A stretch of DNA of 63,993 nucleotides, filler included, from Choristocarpus tenellus KU-1152 (lineage: Eukaryota > Protista > Phaeophyceae), in assembly GCA_964200185.2 (NCBI GenBank). It is 9 parts of 9 records of this genome, joined end to end, with 100 filler letters (N's around TTAATTAATTAA, not from the genome) between each part and the next. Parts side by side here need not be neighbours in the genome. Positions count along the whole stretch, not along the records: positions 44,702 to 55,710 come from CAXNAD020002567.1; positions 55,811 to 59,259 come from CAXNAD020019952.1; positions 59,360 to 63,993 come from CAXNAD020013702.1; 6 more parts are not named here. The stretch is one strand, 5' to 3'. Position numbers and translations under genes: made by a program. This document shows, in pieces, positions 51,101 through 63,993 of this stretch; the first letter of the stretch is position 1; every line of letters starts with the position of its first letter. The notes under the pieces are model-generated. The model ran no database searches and had not been told where the DNA came from. It worked only from the letters and a program-made list of their open reading frames with translations.

Positions 51101-53709
51101 GGAGACAGCCATTACAGCAGAACGGACAGAGCTGCTTTGCGTGAGTACCAGGGTGTATGAGAAGTTCTTTGCAACAAGAGCTTTGGAGATGTTAAAGGAG
51201 CGAGTTGCAGTCCTGATGGACACCGGTGTTATGGTAAGGATAAGCTGAAATACGTACAGTAGGGAATGGTGCGGGGGGGCTGTACATGAAGAGGTGATTT
51301 GCCCAAAATATCTGTGGGAAAACTCAAGTGGGTGACAAATGAATGAGTGCTCTGGCAAAATCCTTCTATCCCACTCTTTATCAAAACTTTTTTTTGGCAG
51401 TCTGGTGATTAAGGGTTATCTCAGACCTGACAATCCTGCAGCATCTACCCAATAAAAAACCCACGGCAACCTACCCAGGGCATTTGCTGGTCTTTCTCTC
51501 GCTTTTTGTTGGCCTTTCCCTGGGTTGGAAGGCTCTAAGGTATGCATACTCACCCATTGTTTCGTCACAGCACTAATTATCAAAACCTCAAAATATGCCA
51601 CCAATCAGATCACAAGACACCTCAAAATATGCTACCACTGTCCGTCACTCTGTTGCACTCATCTCTACTTTATAGTCTGGCATGCCTATCTCAGCCCTTG
51701 AGATGATATGCCGATACTCAACGGATGATCATTTTGATGGGGGTGGAGGGGAAATGATCTGTCCTCGAGGATCATATCGTGGCACTGTACATTTCATTGC
51801 TGCAGGGGAATGTGAGGTTGTGTTAGGAGGCCAAACTGTGAGAGGGTGGAATAGAGATTTATTGGGATGGAAAGGTAACAAGTTCAGGATGGAAGGGGAG
51901 AGAAAAGGGACACAAACAGGGACCCGAGGGGAAGTGCAAATGGAGGTTACGGGATGTGGAGATATTGGAGCTGAGACTGTCCCTGAGGAATTGGAGGGGA
52001 CCAAGGCGGAGTCCTGGGCTGGAACAGGGGTTTGGTCAACGGAGAATGAGGACGCAAGGCGGGGAATAGCATTAGGTGCTGATGTATTGGTGAACGAAAA
52101 ACAGTGGAACAAGGGTTGTTTCCATGGTGATAGCAACAGCTATTATGTTGGCGACTCTGGGGAAATGGGAGGGAGAATTGTTGAGGGGCATAAAAAGGAG
52201 TTTGGAGAGCCAGATGGTATCTCTCTCTCATCGGGGAAGTGGTCAATTAGTTCCCTCAATTCTTGTGAGCGAGAAAAAAAGCGTGGGTTTGAGATACTGG
52301 AGGCACACGGAATGCACAGGTTCATTTTGAAGAGGGGTGACTTCTTTGGCTTGAGCGCAGCCTCACCGCCCATCAAGGTGGATGAGGAATATGTTGCTGC
52401 AACCAAACGATAGGCTTGTTGTCCGCAATAATGATGTATATTATTTGTATTCTTGAAGTATATTTTAGTGATTGGTTGGGCACTCAAATACAGACCTTCC
52501 CCCATTACAAGGTTTTTTGCAAATATGATGCTGAAGTTCAAATACTAGGAGTGGTAAATATTAAGCACTGGGTACCGCGTTATTATGACCTCCCAGGGAT
52601 AGAGTTAGCATTAGGGTCCCAGTCAGACCAACCCTAGGATAGAAGGGTCAGTGTGTATGCGATAGAGAAACGGATGAAGGATCAGAACAATAATCACATG
52701 ATCAACTGCAAGGTATAGATTCTACTCTCTCTCGTTCTCTCTCGAAAAATACAGCTGCCTCTACTCAGCGCCCATCACATTCATTTCTCCCTGCCCTTGC
52801 CCTACTTCAATCCTCCTAGTCATAGTTCCGCACCTACTGCTGCGTAAGTCACCCAGGTCAAGCATTGAATCAGCAACAGTTCTAGGACCTGACCCAGAAG
52901 ACTCCCCGCCACCTGGTTTCTTGGGCCTTCATAAGGCATCACTGGTGACCTCATCAGCTGAGGTTCAGCTATTGAACATAGGGCTCTCTGCTCTTCAGAA
53001 GATATATCCACCAGTATTCGATCGCCTGGTAGAGGCTGCCTCACAAAGGTGTTCGAACAATAAAAACAGTGGGGGGTGGGGTCCAGTAGTGGCGGACATT
53101 TGTTATTGGCATCATAGTGCCCTGTATGCTTGACAAATTCTTAACAACAGATTCAGGCAGAGACTATCCATAGTAGGGCGTGCAAAATCACACCACAACC
53201 AACAAACTAAAAGGCAAGGTGTAATCCTTCATGATGCAGTCTTAAGCTGAGATAAGGTGTTGCCAACCACGGATAATTCACACACCATCTTCCAGCCGAG
53301 TTAGAAGGTAGATTTTTGTCAGCCTGTGATGGTGGTTGCACTTCGCTGTTTGGAGTGGAAAGGCAGGCAAGCACAACAGCAGGGCGACACATCTGTGCAC
53401 AAACTTGAGAGTGCATTACGTCTTCGCTTCCAAAATGATATATTTAATGACAAACTCACCACGTGAACTCACCCACTCTGCCCTCCGATCCTGTTGCAAC
53501 TTTTTGTGGATTGATCTTTCATGCTCACAAAATATTCCTTCTCCCATACACCTTCCCCCCTGCTCGTGTTGTTCAGGTACTCTGGCTGGGCAACAGAGGC
53601 AGAAGAGCTTGAAGAGGCAGAGTGGCACCGGCGTCTGGTCAGTGGTTCAGTACACTCACTGAGTGAGGCCTTTTACAAGAGCTTCAGCAAGGGCATAGAT
53701 GGTTATGAT
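48142..53709 (+). CDS. Protein with tandem cyclic-nucleotide-binding (cNMP/Crp-like) domains, partial (exons 48142-48487, 48760-48862?, ~50960-51233, 51676-52377, 52936-53048, 53577-53709)
   Basis: Domain 1: SVIYEEGD...GAYIILRGAVDLY / VCRLGPGAMFGE...ETAITAERTELLCVSTRVY. Domain 2: SGMPISALEMIC...EMICPRG...VHFIAAGECEV...ILKRGDFFG...PPIK/ASLVTSSAEVQLLNIG. The last four exons join with consistent GT-AG phases. Confidence 0.8.
49965..50219. mobile_element. MITE family B variant, intronic
   Basis: GCATTTAAGAGGGTAGG ... CCTACCCTCTTAAATGC; 3-bp TSD AAT. Confidence 0.88.
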
Positions 53710-53718
53710 GTGAGTATT

Positions 53719-53982
53719 GAGTTGAAGTAAGCGAGAGGTACCCTGGTTGAATTTGAAGGACAACAATAAATGTGGAAAACTCGACATTTTTGTACAAATG
53801 CGTTAGGGGACTTTTCTGGAATTATGTCTATTTTTTCAAACATCAGAGAAATCAACGCTCTAAAGTCAATCTTAGCACTTCATCATCCATAGAAATAATA
53901 AGCGTGAATTTTTGAAGATGGAAAGAAGTGGTTTAATATGCAAAACGACCAAAACCTGGGTACCTCTCGAATAATTTGACTC
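53719..53982. mobile_element. MITE family A, 9 nt downstream of an exon end
   Basis: GAGTTGAAGTAAGCGAGAGGTACCC ... GGGTACCTCTCGAATAATTTGACTC; flanks ATT/GTT. Confidence 0.88.
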
Positions 53983-54599
53983 GTTAACATCTCCAAAGTA
54001 CACCATCAATAGGACATACTCCAGGATCAAGTAGCCTTGTACTTGGGCTGGGTCTTGATGTTTTGTTTTGTTTTCTGGTGGAGATGTCAATTTTGTCGAA
54101 AATAAATATCTACCGTTGTAAATAGTAGCCCTTTTTGTAGCTTTGTACAGGGCACCTGAAGAAAGGCAAAGATACACACATAGGACCAACGTTCGAAAAC
54201 ATGGTGTGGGGTGTGATGACACAGGACAGTGGAATTGTTTTGTGACACAATATTTCACATACACAAAGTGAGTGCATACGTTTGTAAGCATTTGCACACC
54301 CATTAACCATAAACCGTCCACTCTAGGGTAAGGTGTCACAATCTAAGCGTGCTTACTTAACTTTAGCTTTTCCTCGAGAACCGTACATTCTATTTTAGCC
54401 TAACGATTCTGATACGCCAGAGGGTTAGGGTTAGGGCTATCCTTTTTTGAAGAGGGAAGTAGACATAAATACTTGAACCAGCGCGTATATTCAGCTTTCA
54501 AACGAGTCCATTATTGTGTATTTCTTGAGAACAAGATCCTCCCTTTAGCCAAAGGCGGTTCACTCAAGCAGTACAACCTGAAAACGTGTGTATGGGCGT

Positions 54600-55470
54600 T
54601 TTCCTCGCAAACGTTTTGTGTTGCCTAATCACGTTGACCAAGATGAGAGCAACAGCCCCACCTTTCTGACTCCTGTCTCAGAAGGCTGCGCTCAATCCCT
54701 TTGGCGACAACAACTTCATGGGTATGTTGTTGACTTGACTATCAACAATAAGGTGGAAGTTGTGAGTGTGGAAGGGGAGCTTGTGGAGAAATGTCCCACC
54801 AAAGGAACATGGACAGGCAGAGACAGAGTTGTCTTCTTGTATCCTGGCGAGGTTGAGGCAGTCGAGCCGTTTGTGCCAAGTCAAGCACTTATCCTCACCT
54901 TTGTTGTCAGTCACGGAGGACAACTCCATTGTAGTCAGTCCGTGTTCCTGAGGAGGAGCCTTTCAAAGCACCATATCAAAGTACTCAGAGTACATAATCT
55001 GTTCTCCCCATCCACCTTGAGGTTCATTATCTCTGTCTCAAGGTGGGTCATGTGGAGAAATTCCGAAAGAGCAGTCTGCCACCCATACTCTTGCTGAAGA
55101 GATAGTTGAAAACAATTTTTTTCCTTGTCCCAGGAACAAGGAGGAGTACTTCGAGCTTGAAGTCGATCAAAGTGCCCTTTGATAGTTGACATTGACCCTG
55201 CGATGGTGACGTATTCATTTTGGAGCACCTCCAAAATCGGTAAGGAAAGGCCTCGATTTAGTATACAAGAGCATAATTAGCATTGGTGATCTTCATTATA
55301 CCAATCATATGAGGAGAACAGCAACTGTCCATCAGCAGTGGAAGATCCGAGACTATCTGAGAGTGGAAGTTACTGTTATGAATGCTGTTCCCTTTGGTGA
55401 AGCAATGATTGCCGTTGCTCTCAGACCTTCTTCTATTCCTCAGCCCTTCTGGCAGGGCATTCACTTCTCA
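54600..55470 (-). mobile_element. Highly degenerate Ty1/copia fragment (protease and GAG-pre-integrase)
   Basis: LLMDSCCSPHM (compare WI.DSGAS.HM) followed by LTWHKRLDCLN...C.C...LHKLPF (compare LWH.RLGH.N...C..C..GK....PF). Confidence 0.6.
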
Positions 55471-55670
55471 GATGCAAGGTAATTTTGTGAAGGTCGCTCC
55501 AGGTTGTCTATTCTCCATTATGATCCTTACCAAAGTGGCCCCAAGCCGCTGTGATTGAACATCTTCTGTTTCAAATTTCCCCTTGGTGCATAGCTATCGA
55601 TGTCACTACCCCTGTCACTACCCCTGTCGATACCCCTGCCGCCAACGGTACTGCTGCTCATTGCACCTCA

Positions 55671-55710
55671 GAGTCAAAGTATCTTAGAGGGTAGAGCCGT
55701 GTCCATTTGG
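55671..55710. mobile_element. MITE family B terminus at contig end
   Basis: GAGTCAAAGTATCTTAGAGGGTAGAGCCGTGTCCATTTGG. Confidence 0.85.
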
Positions 55711-55810
55711 NNNNNNNNNNNNNNNNNNNNNNNNNNNNNNNNNNNNNNNNNNNNTTAATTAATTAANNNNNNNNNNNNNNNNNNNNNNNNNNNNNNNNNN
55801 NNNNNNNNNN
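55711..55810. other. Artificial contig linker
   Basis: N44-TTAATTAATTAA-N44. Confidence 0.98.
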
Positions 55811-56278
55811 GGGAGAAAATGGTATAGGATGAGGATGGGGGGGGGTGTGGGGAGAGAAGAATGTGGGGGGGGGGGGGGGAGCAGACTGGATAGATGCTGT
55901 TGGAGTTGAAGGGGAGGTGATTTGGAGTTGAAGGGGAGGTGATTTGGAGAGGGAAGAGGCGTCAGAAGGTTTTGGATGATGATGTAATGACCCAATTTTC
56001 TCACTCTAGTATGATGATTACTTCCAGGTGTTTTTCGCACTTGTTTTGTGATGTTTTGTGATGTCAAGTTCAAAAATCAGAACAGAACACAAATCGACCG
56101 TGCATAGGCCCCAAAGTGATAAAAAAAAAAATTACTGGACTGTGTGCCTGTATTATTGATTTTTGCATATATATATATATTTGTATACCTTAGGAGATAG
56201 CCTAAACTCAGTGTCGCCCCCCTCTATTACTCTCAGTCTAAACTCAGTCCGTTCAACTTGTTTGCGTCGTTGGAGTGT

Positions 56279-56354
56279 AGTACATGATACATATAGTACA
56301 TGATACATATAGTACATGATACATACAAGTACATGATACATACAAGTACATGAT
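56279..56354 (+). repeat. 16-17 bp minisatellite (AGTACATGATACATAT/ACA), about 4.5 units
   Basis: Seen directly. Confidence 0.9.
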
Positions 56355-59259
56355 GCTGTCCTTGCTCTGCCTATATATATCTTTTACCTGGCGTATTGAA
56401 CTACGTCCAGTCCAGACTGTTGCCTGGATATACACCTCAACCTCACCAAGAACGTTCTTCTTATTTTTGTGGTGTGATCTCAGCTAGGTGCACAGCTGTT
56501 GCATGTGGTGAGCCTATTGCTGTTGCATTATAATCTCAGTCCGTCCATACCAAATTAATTCCTTCACTTTTGCCCCAGTATCTTGCGGGCTCACTAGAAC
56601 CTGACAACACCACGTCCACTATCGCTATGCAGTTGCAAATCGGTTTTCTCATTTTTTTCCGAAGATTATTCAGAACGGTCCTCTCCTCTTCCTTTGCTTG
56701 TACTCCTACTACTCTCTTGCCAACCTCTTCCTTTGCTTGTACTTCTTCCCCCCCCCCCCTTCCCTATGCGCATCCTCTTTTACCCTAAGCACAGCGTGAC
56801 TTCCATGTCTTTGGCGGAGAGTTCTTGATGGCGCAGGACGTTTCCATCCTTCGGGGGTTCTTTGAAGGCTTTTTCAAGCTTCCAATTCCTCTCTGGGGGG
56901 TAAGTATCCGAGAGGGAATCTGGGGGAGGAGGAGGGATGATGGATAGGTGTTTCCAGCGTATTATATGTTGTTCCAGGTGGACTGAACCATTGAAAGATC
57001 AGTAGGATAGGTGATGCTGTGAATGAGCTGCAATTCACTACCTAGGAAAGGACTGAGTTAGAAGATTGTTGTACCTTGGGTTTCAGGTATAAGTGAAACC
57101 ACATAGAGAGTTGTGATTATTCTCAGACCCCCCCCACCCAGCCTCCCCCTATGTTAGAATGGTTGACTGACAATGCCTAACATGTCTTTTTTCTGTTTAG
57201 ATGTGTATCTGTGGACACTCTTTGTTGTTTTGGGGGTGAACTCTCCATTGTGTGCGTCTGCATTCGTTCGCGCATGTGTGCGTGTACACGCAGACCACGT
57301 GCGTAGGATATGTTTGTAGTAGTGGTCGACTTTACCACACCAAAAAGAGCCCTGCTGCGTGTTTTTTGAGCAAGGCAGGCGTTGCTTTGCAAGTATGTTA
57401 GACATCGAGGCAAGAGGATGAACATTTTGTGTAACTCCGCCTACCCACTTGGTCTTGTCATCAATCTGTTCTGATCTCCCAACGTACAAACAGGAGAAGA
57501 GAAGTCTAGTCCCCTCTGATTGTGTATGAAACTTGTGGATAGCTGCCCTAATTGATTTTCCGCTCTTTGCATCTTTGGCTTGAACATGGTCTGTATCATT
57601 TTAATTCCCCCATTCGGAATCATGGCATTAAGGCCAAGAAATATACTCTCATCTTGTCTCCGGGGCACCTTGAGTAAAGCTTTGCTAGAGCTAGTGAGCT
57701 ACTCCCATGCGAGTGTTAGAGATCTCCTTGAGATCGTTGAGATCGTATGTACCCCCTTTGCCCTCAACCTTTTCTCAGGGGAGTGTCTGAATGAAGCTGG
57801 TATGTGTGTGTGTATGTATGTATTGTTGTGGCACAGATGACTCTATGGTATGACTTTGGAAGAAACTGATCACAGAGGATTTAGCTTCAAACACCAGTGG
57901 GGATCATTGTACTGTCATACCAACCCCCTGGCCCCCATTTTTTTTTTTTTTTTTTTGGTCTTCGAACTTTTCCAAACCATTTGTTAATCCCCCGTTTGGC
58001 AGCCTTTTCACTCCTTTTTTACATCCCTGTACTGGAGGACCTTTGAGCTTGTAATGAATATGTGATGGGAAAAGATGTGTAGAGATCCCTCAACGTTGTT
58101 GAGTGCTTGAGCCTTGTATGCCTGCCCCCCTATTGGGTGAAAGTAAGCTGCGAGCAAGTGCTGATGCGTCTGCGCTTAGTCTATTTGGTTTTGTATTTGA
58201 GTCTTACATGGCCTACCTTTTCCTTTCATGCTCCACAAACACCCTTCTACTCCTAAGTAAATGTGTCTCTTGTCTTTGTGCAGAGCTTCCTTTCAGGATA
58301 CCCTGGGCTGCCACACAATGAACTGCAGCAGACTTGGCAGGATCGCTTCAACTTCGGGTTTCAATTTTTCTTGAAGGTGTGGCTGAGTGAAGGGTGTTGT
58401 CCATTGCCGCATGTGCCGATTTCCTCCTCTGGAGGAGGGTGTGCTTGTCCAGGCCCCAGCGTGTCAGTTACGCCTGACTTCTTTTGTCTCAAGATGATGG
58501 TGTGTTAGGCCTACATGTGATGGTTTAGGTGTGGTTCCTTGATGAAGATGTTTCTGCTTGTGTCTGGTTATTTGTAAACACTATTGTAAGTTAGTACACT
58601 CTAATGTACTCTTTTGGATTTTGTTTTGATATGACAGAACATTCCAGGAGAGTGCGCCAGTCGATATCTCATCAAGTTGGTTGATTTTTGCATTAAGATG
58701 TCTAAGGACAATGTTCTAACATGTCCAAGACTGATGCCTTGAATGCTGAATCATGCGACTATGTTTAGACGATGTTGTGCAAGGCCAACTTGATGTTGTG
58801 CCAAAACAAGCTCATTATACCCATTGTAAGTATATTATTACTATTTTTACTACTACTACTACTACTATTATTATTATTATTATTTAGTAGAGGTGTGACA
58901 GTGTCGATATGTTAGAGAGGTTTATGAACCTGTTGGTACTGCTGTAACTTGGGGCAATTGGGAGGAACTCAAAAAGAGAACCTCTAGTCCCTTACTGGCT
59001 TTATCTGTTTATCCTAGTTGTGGTTTGACAGTCGTGATGCTCTCATTAGGACTGTTCCTAAGACTGGTCTTATACATGTGTTGACATTAGTTTTGCACCA
59101 AGGTACACCTTCCCTGCTCCTTTGAGAGGAAATCCTCCCATATCAACATGTGTGACATTACTTCTCCAATTGGCCGACACACCCCCTGTTTCTATCCCCC
59201 CCCCCCCCCCAAAAAATCTCAATTGCCAAGACAAACAGAGGAAACCAAGAGATCGCCCG

Positions 59260-59359
59260 NNNNNNNNNNNNNNNNNNNNNNNNNNNNNNNNNNNNNNNNN
59301 NNNTTAATTAATTAANNNNNNNNNNNNNNNNNNNNNNNNNNNNNNNNNNNNNNNNNNNN
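59260..59359. other. Artificial contig linker
   Basis: N44-TTAATTAATTAA-N44. Confidence 0.98.
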
Positions 59360-61467
59360 CATGATTCCTCATCGCTAGTAGTCTACGCATTTTGCCTACA
59401 TGTACGATGCATTCGATTCAGGTTTCAACAGGTGTTACCAGTTCAATTTGCTCAAATACAATAGTGACGACCTCTGTAGGAGTCTCTTAACGTATCTCCT
59501 CTTTGGCAGTTATGAAACAGGCACAACACAGCAAATTGAACCATTTCTTAGCACTTAGGTGATTTCAAAAGTACAATTTTCACAAAGGTATCAGTTGTAC
59601 AGGAGGACTTTCGAAAAAGTCTAGTGATGTACTCGTCTTTGAGTTACAAAAGAAGCACAATACAGTAGAAAGAAGATTTTTTGAACACCCAGAGGTGGTG
59701 ACACCCTTCCAATTTGAACCAAAGGTTTTCCTATACACAGGAGGACTTGCGAAAGTGTCTCCAAATGTAGCTCCTCTTTGTTCGTTACAAAACAGGTAAA
59801 AATTGCAATGCATCGGGGGCCGTGAGGAAAGGAGCAGCCTCTTCAGTGTTCTCGATTCCTCCATCATCATACTCTCAAGTAGCTGACGAGTTTGCAAGAT
59901 TTGAAACAACCATCGAGGAGTGCAGCATGAGCGATGTTTTGTACGATCTCCAGAAAGCAAAGCTGGCTTGACTCAGCGCAATCGGGGCAAGGGCAATCAA
60001 ACAAGCGGGCATCCCCAATTTTCTTTTGGCAGTCGCGATTTTTTCATCAACGAATAAGTTGTTTTACTTAGTGTGTGCGATGGGAGGTGCATGGCGGTGC
60101 AGCTACATTTGATCCATGGTGGTGTTTTTGATACTGTACTGTATAATATCCTTGTAGAGTGCAATTGAATATGTAGAACAGGGCATTGGAGGGAGATTGT
60201 CTTTGAACGTTGATTTGATTTGAACTGCGAGTCGTCTGTCCAGCCATCCAACCCCTTGCGGATACTTTTCTTGGGAAGGTGTACTATACATACGAGTGAT
60301 TACATCGTAATGAGTCTAATTTTACCCAAGTTACACAATGGCATACGTATGACACTGGTGTACTGCGGAGGGGTGGTGTTGATGTGGTGCTTGCTGCACC
60401 ACCACAGCTCCATTGAAATGGGCTCACCGAGGGCAATGTTCAATACAGATCTACATTTAACTACTCTTGAAGGCACATGGGAAGCACATACAGCAAGGGC
60501 GTCGCTCTGTCGTCATTCGGGACAAGTATAAAATGCCTACAACCACTTTTACTGGATATAAAATAGGGTTCTCTTATCACGATCCCTCGGTTTAAGAGAA
60601 AACGCTCCTATATGAAATAAGAGAGGATTGAGATATAAGAGAGGGGGGGGTTGCTTACCCCTACCCTCTCTTATATAAATACATCGATTGTGTTTCTTAA
60701 CATTTAAGGCGGGGTCAGCAATCCAGTTTGCAGAAAGGTATATCCGCACTATATCTGAATACACTTCTCAACTGTCTGTACGGAGATCATCATTAAGAAT
60801 ACTTAGAAGTGCTGAATATATATGTAGAGTCAGAATACAGTAGTAGTTACAACTCCGAAATAATTGGTAAACCCAGAACTGCTCTGGCATACATAGAGAT
60901 GGATTTATCACAAGAAGCACCCTTTATCCTGCTTTTTAGACCCAGTCTCCAACATTGCCTATAAGAGTCATTTCTGGTTTGTCCAAATCAACAGCAACCC
61001 AATCTAGCCAAGAGATTACTTAATCAACAACTGAGAAATTGCAGTAATCACCTCTTGAATTAGCTAGTCGCAATCTGGGATGATGGAATGCCTAAAAATA
61101 AACTGCTAACAACGAAACTCTTGCTTTTTCCTTAATTACTTCAAGTTGGAACTAAGATCTTGGTACATCGCCCACACACTGACTGTGATTGACCAAACCT
61201 CAAATTGATTCACCCCTGGCGCAGACCTCTCACAATGTCTGCCAAAACCTCTCCCGTAGTCTATTGTCTCGGAAAACAGGGTGATATCAAGGAAATTCCA
61301 CCCACTTGGCACACTTGAAGCCATATAATTCCGAGCACACAACCGCCTGAACCTGACTTGAGGCTCAAATGAATTTCCTTGGCATACGTTACCCTTACCG
61401 CATCTTGATGGTTCTGAGTCCCCATAAAACCTGGTTCTTACACTATTTACGATATTGTAGGACGTAA

Positions 61468-61645
61468 GGCTCAAAGTATCTGGGGGGGTGGCGGCTGTCC
61501 ATTTGGGGTCAATTTTTTGATGTCACGAATTTTGGGTGATTTGGTTACATACGTCAGATGGATATTGTAAATGCACTTTTCCTGATTTTGACCCAAATGG
61601 ACACACTGGTGTAGACCCCCCCCTCCCCCCTAGATGATTTGGGTC
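61468..61645. mobile_element. MITE family C
   Basis: Complete; TSD TAA on both sides. Confidence 0.92.
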
Positions 61646-62838
61646 TAAACTTGGCTGAGGACCTCATTCACCCATGTACACACAATACAGAGTGGGCCTA
61701 AGAGTTATAATCGTGGCTCTGGTGTATTATGTAATCCACGCATACAGCCCCAATGCACAGAAATGATTTCTACCCATCGTCAACAAGATTGTCTAGATAC
61801 ACCAATTCCAATATTACACCCCCAATCACTACCAACTCTGTCCCAGGAATGGTATTCTAGCAAGTAGTTGACTGGACCACATACCGGGGGTGATATTTTG
61901 GCATTGAATTTCTTCTTGTGTGTGTCTCTTCCAACGATTTGGTTACGAGTAACGGATAAATGTTCTAATTAAATCACGGATGTTGAGGTTGCGTTGTTCG
62001 TCTTTTATTTTAATGTCTGACCTTGCCTATATCATCATATGCCAAGCTGATCAAAATCATACATGTGCACCCATGTACGGGCAGAGAACATCCGAGTTTA
62101 TTTTCCCAATGGCTCCTTCACACTTGTTCTTCCTTCTTCATCATTGTTTTCTCTCTGATGCCCCTTTTCCGCAAGATTCTTTCTCTTTTATACAGGAGAA
62201 TTGTTGTTTCAGTGATGGTGCATGGTCAGCTCCATCCTTGTATTCCCCACGGTTTTGAATTGACCTTCTTTGTCCATTTTCTGTGTATGGTTCTGTCATT
62301 GATCATGATAATGTTAATCTGCACTATTGAGTTCTTACCATCCCTCCGCTTGGGATGCTGCATGTTGTTCTCTTCTATTGTAGGCAACATAATTGCGCAT
62401 CTTCTATTGTGTGTTTATTTCTCCATTCATGTTTTCATGTCTGCATTTTTTTCCTTATCCCTTTCGAGAAGGTTCAATCTTTTCCTTTCCAACAGTCTCG
62501 TAGCCATCGCTGAGACTGGAACGTCTATATGCCAATATTTTGAATTCTATATACGCAGGTGCATATATTGTTTGGCTTTGGAACTAAACAACTGTAATTC
62601 GATCACGGTTTCTGTTCTCCCTACAGGAATCTCCCAAAGTTCTATTCCCTCCTGATTGGAGAAGATGGACCGTGCTTTGTCCATGCTTCTCCCTGATGGA
62701 GTGTTCAGAATCTCACGCTGCAACTAGCTAGTCCTTGCTCATTCCGTTTCATGCGAAAGAGTTGACCAGATGTGGTCCTATCCAATACATCGAATCGTGA
62801 TCTTTTCATCAACCCAGATGTCTTCATATCTCATTACT

Positions 62839-63090
62839 GAGTCAAAGTAAGCGAGAGGTACCCAGAATTGCATTTTAAGGATGCTGAAAAATAGATGCAA
62901 AATTTGTTTTTTTCTCAAATACCACAGGATATTTTCTGAATTTCTGTCAAAAAGTAATAAAAATAGAGAACTAAACGCTCTCAAGTCAAGCTCAACACTT
63001 CATAGAAATATGGGCAAATTGCAAAAAATTGAAAACTAAAACAAAATGCAAAGCGACCAAAACTTTGGTACCTATCGTTTACTTTGGCTC
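62839..63090. mobile_element. MITE family A
   Basis: GAGTCAAAGTAAGCGAGAGGTACC ... GGTACCTATCGTTTACTTTGGCTC; flanks ACT/TCT. Confidence 0.92.
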
Positions 63091-63310
63091 TCTCTTGATC
63101 AAGGTGAAGTGGCACAGGTTTTGTTTTCCACCAAATCTTAGTTACAAGTTCTAAGTTGTGAGACGCTCTCCCTCAAGACCTTTATGCCATGCAGATATCT
63201 TAATATACACATCTGTCATGCCTAGCAGCATTCCCTTGTTGAAATACTTTGGTACTCTTGTTTACAGTACTCTATTTCTATTTCTTTCAACAGTCGTGTT
63301 GAATTCCTTA

Positions 63311-63491
63311 GACCCAAGGTATCTGGGGGGTGGGTGGGGGGGTTAACACCAGGGTGTCCATTTGAGTCCCAATCAGGAAAAGTACATTTACATTATCCAT
63401 GCGACGTATGCAACCAAATCACCCAAAAATCATGACATGAAAAAATTGACCCCAAATGGACAGCCACCACCACCCCCAGATACTTTGGGCC
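63311..63491. mobile_element. MITE family C
   Basis: Complete; TSD TTA on both sides. Confidence 0.92.
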
Positions 63492-63993
63492 TTACACACA
63501 CTTCCATTATGTCTGATTGACACATATGCTGTCCAAATATGCCCTTCCTTTGTAAGGTATACCTCATAGTCTGTTTTCCTCGCATGACATCAGCATTTCT
63601 TAACAATGACACCAACTTTGAGGATGTTGAGTGGAGCTTCTAATCCCCCACTTTTCACACCCTTTGTCACTCTTTTCCTGAGCAAACTTCTTAGGCTTGC
63701 TTGCCCCTCTGCCTTGTCTCTCTCCTTTCCGTCCTTCCTGTGGGTCTTTCCCGCTCCCTTGTAAGTCTGAAGAATCGTATCTACTGATTTCCACCTGTAT
63801 TGCACACAGTTACTAATATTATACACTCCAGTACATCTTGATGCTTGTCTGTCCTTCCCACAGAACACTCTTCACACTTATTCTTATTCACCTATGTTCA
63901 ACCTCCATCAGTGGGGTCAGAACGCCCAGAACGTGTCATACACCCTACATGGTAAGGTGTATGGTGTGGGTATCTGTGGTACCTTTGTCTGGG

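Noticed and set aside
56800-58500. Possible retroelement coding remnants (also 2100-3150 and 61900-62830, minus strand)
   Set aside because: Composition is suggestive but no diagnostic motif can be read with confidence

Overview
Eukaryotic, intron-rich, repeat-dense genomic DNA. It is most likely a stramenopile and possibly a brown alga (inference from gene style, TE types and TTAGGG tracts). The window is not one locus: nine contigs are joined by eight artificial 100-nt linkers (N44-TTAATTAATTAA-N44), so synteny across linkers means nothing. Supportable host genes are (i) a partial serine palmitoyltransferase LCB1/SPT1 gene, (ii) a divergent spliced gene in which a cyanobacterial-type dual-specificity phosphatase domain with a degenerate P-loop (NCATGQEH instead of HCX5R) appears to run into an intact short bacterial-type L-asparaginase domain, (iii) a tandem cyclic-nucleotide-binding-domain gene with large Gly-rich insertions, (iv) coiled-coil gene fragments, and (v) an 18-aa Pro/Thr/Ser repeat exon. 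The rest is mostly transposon debris: three related PIF/Harbinger (Tourist-like) MITE families in more than 25 full or partial copies (often nested), Ty1/copia and Ty3/gypsy remnants, a mariner-type transposase pseudogene and tandem solo-LTR-like units. The best novelty candidate is the putative pseudophosphatase-asparaginase fusion. All splice models and family assignments were read by eye, without database searches.
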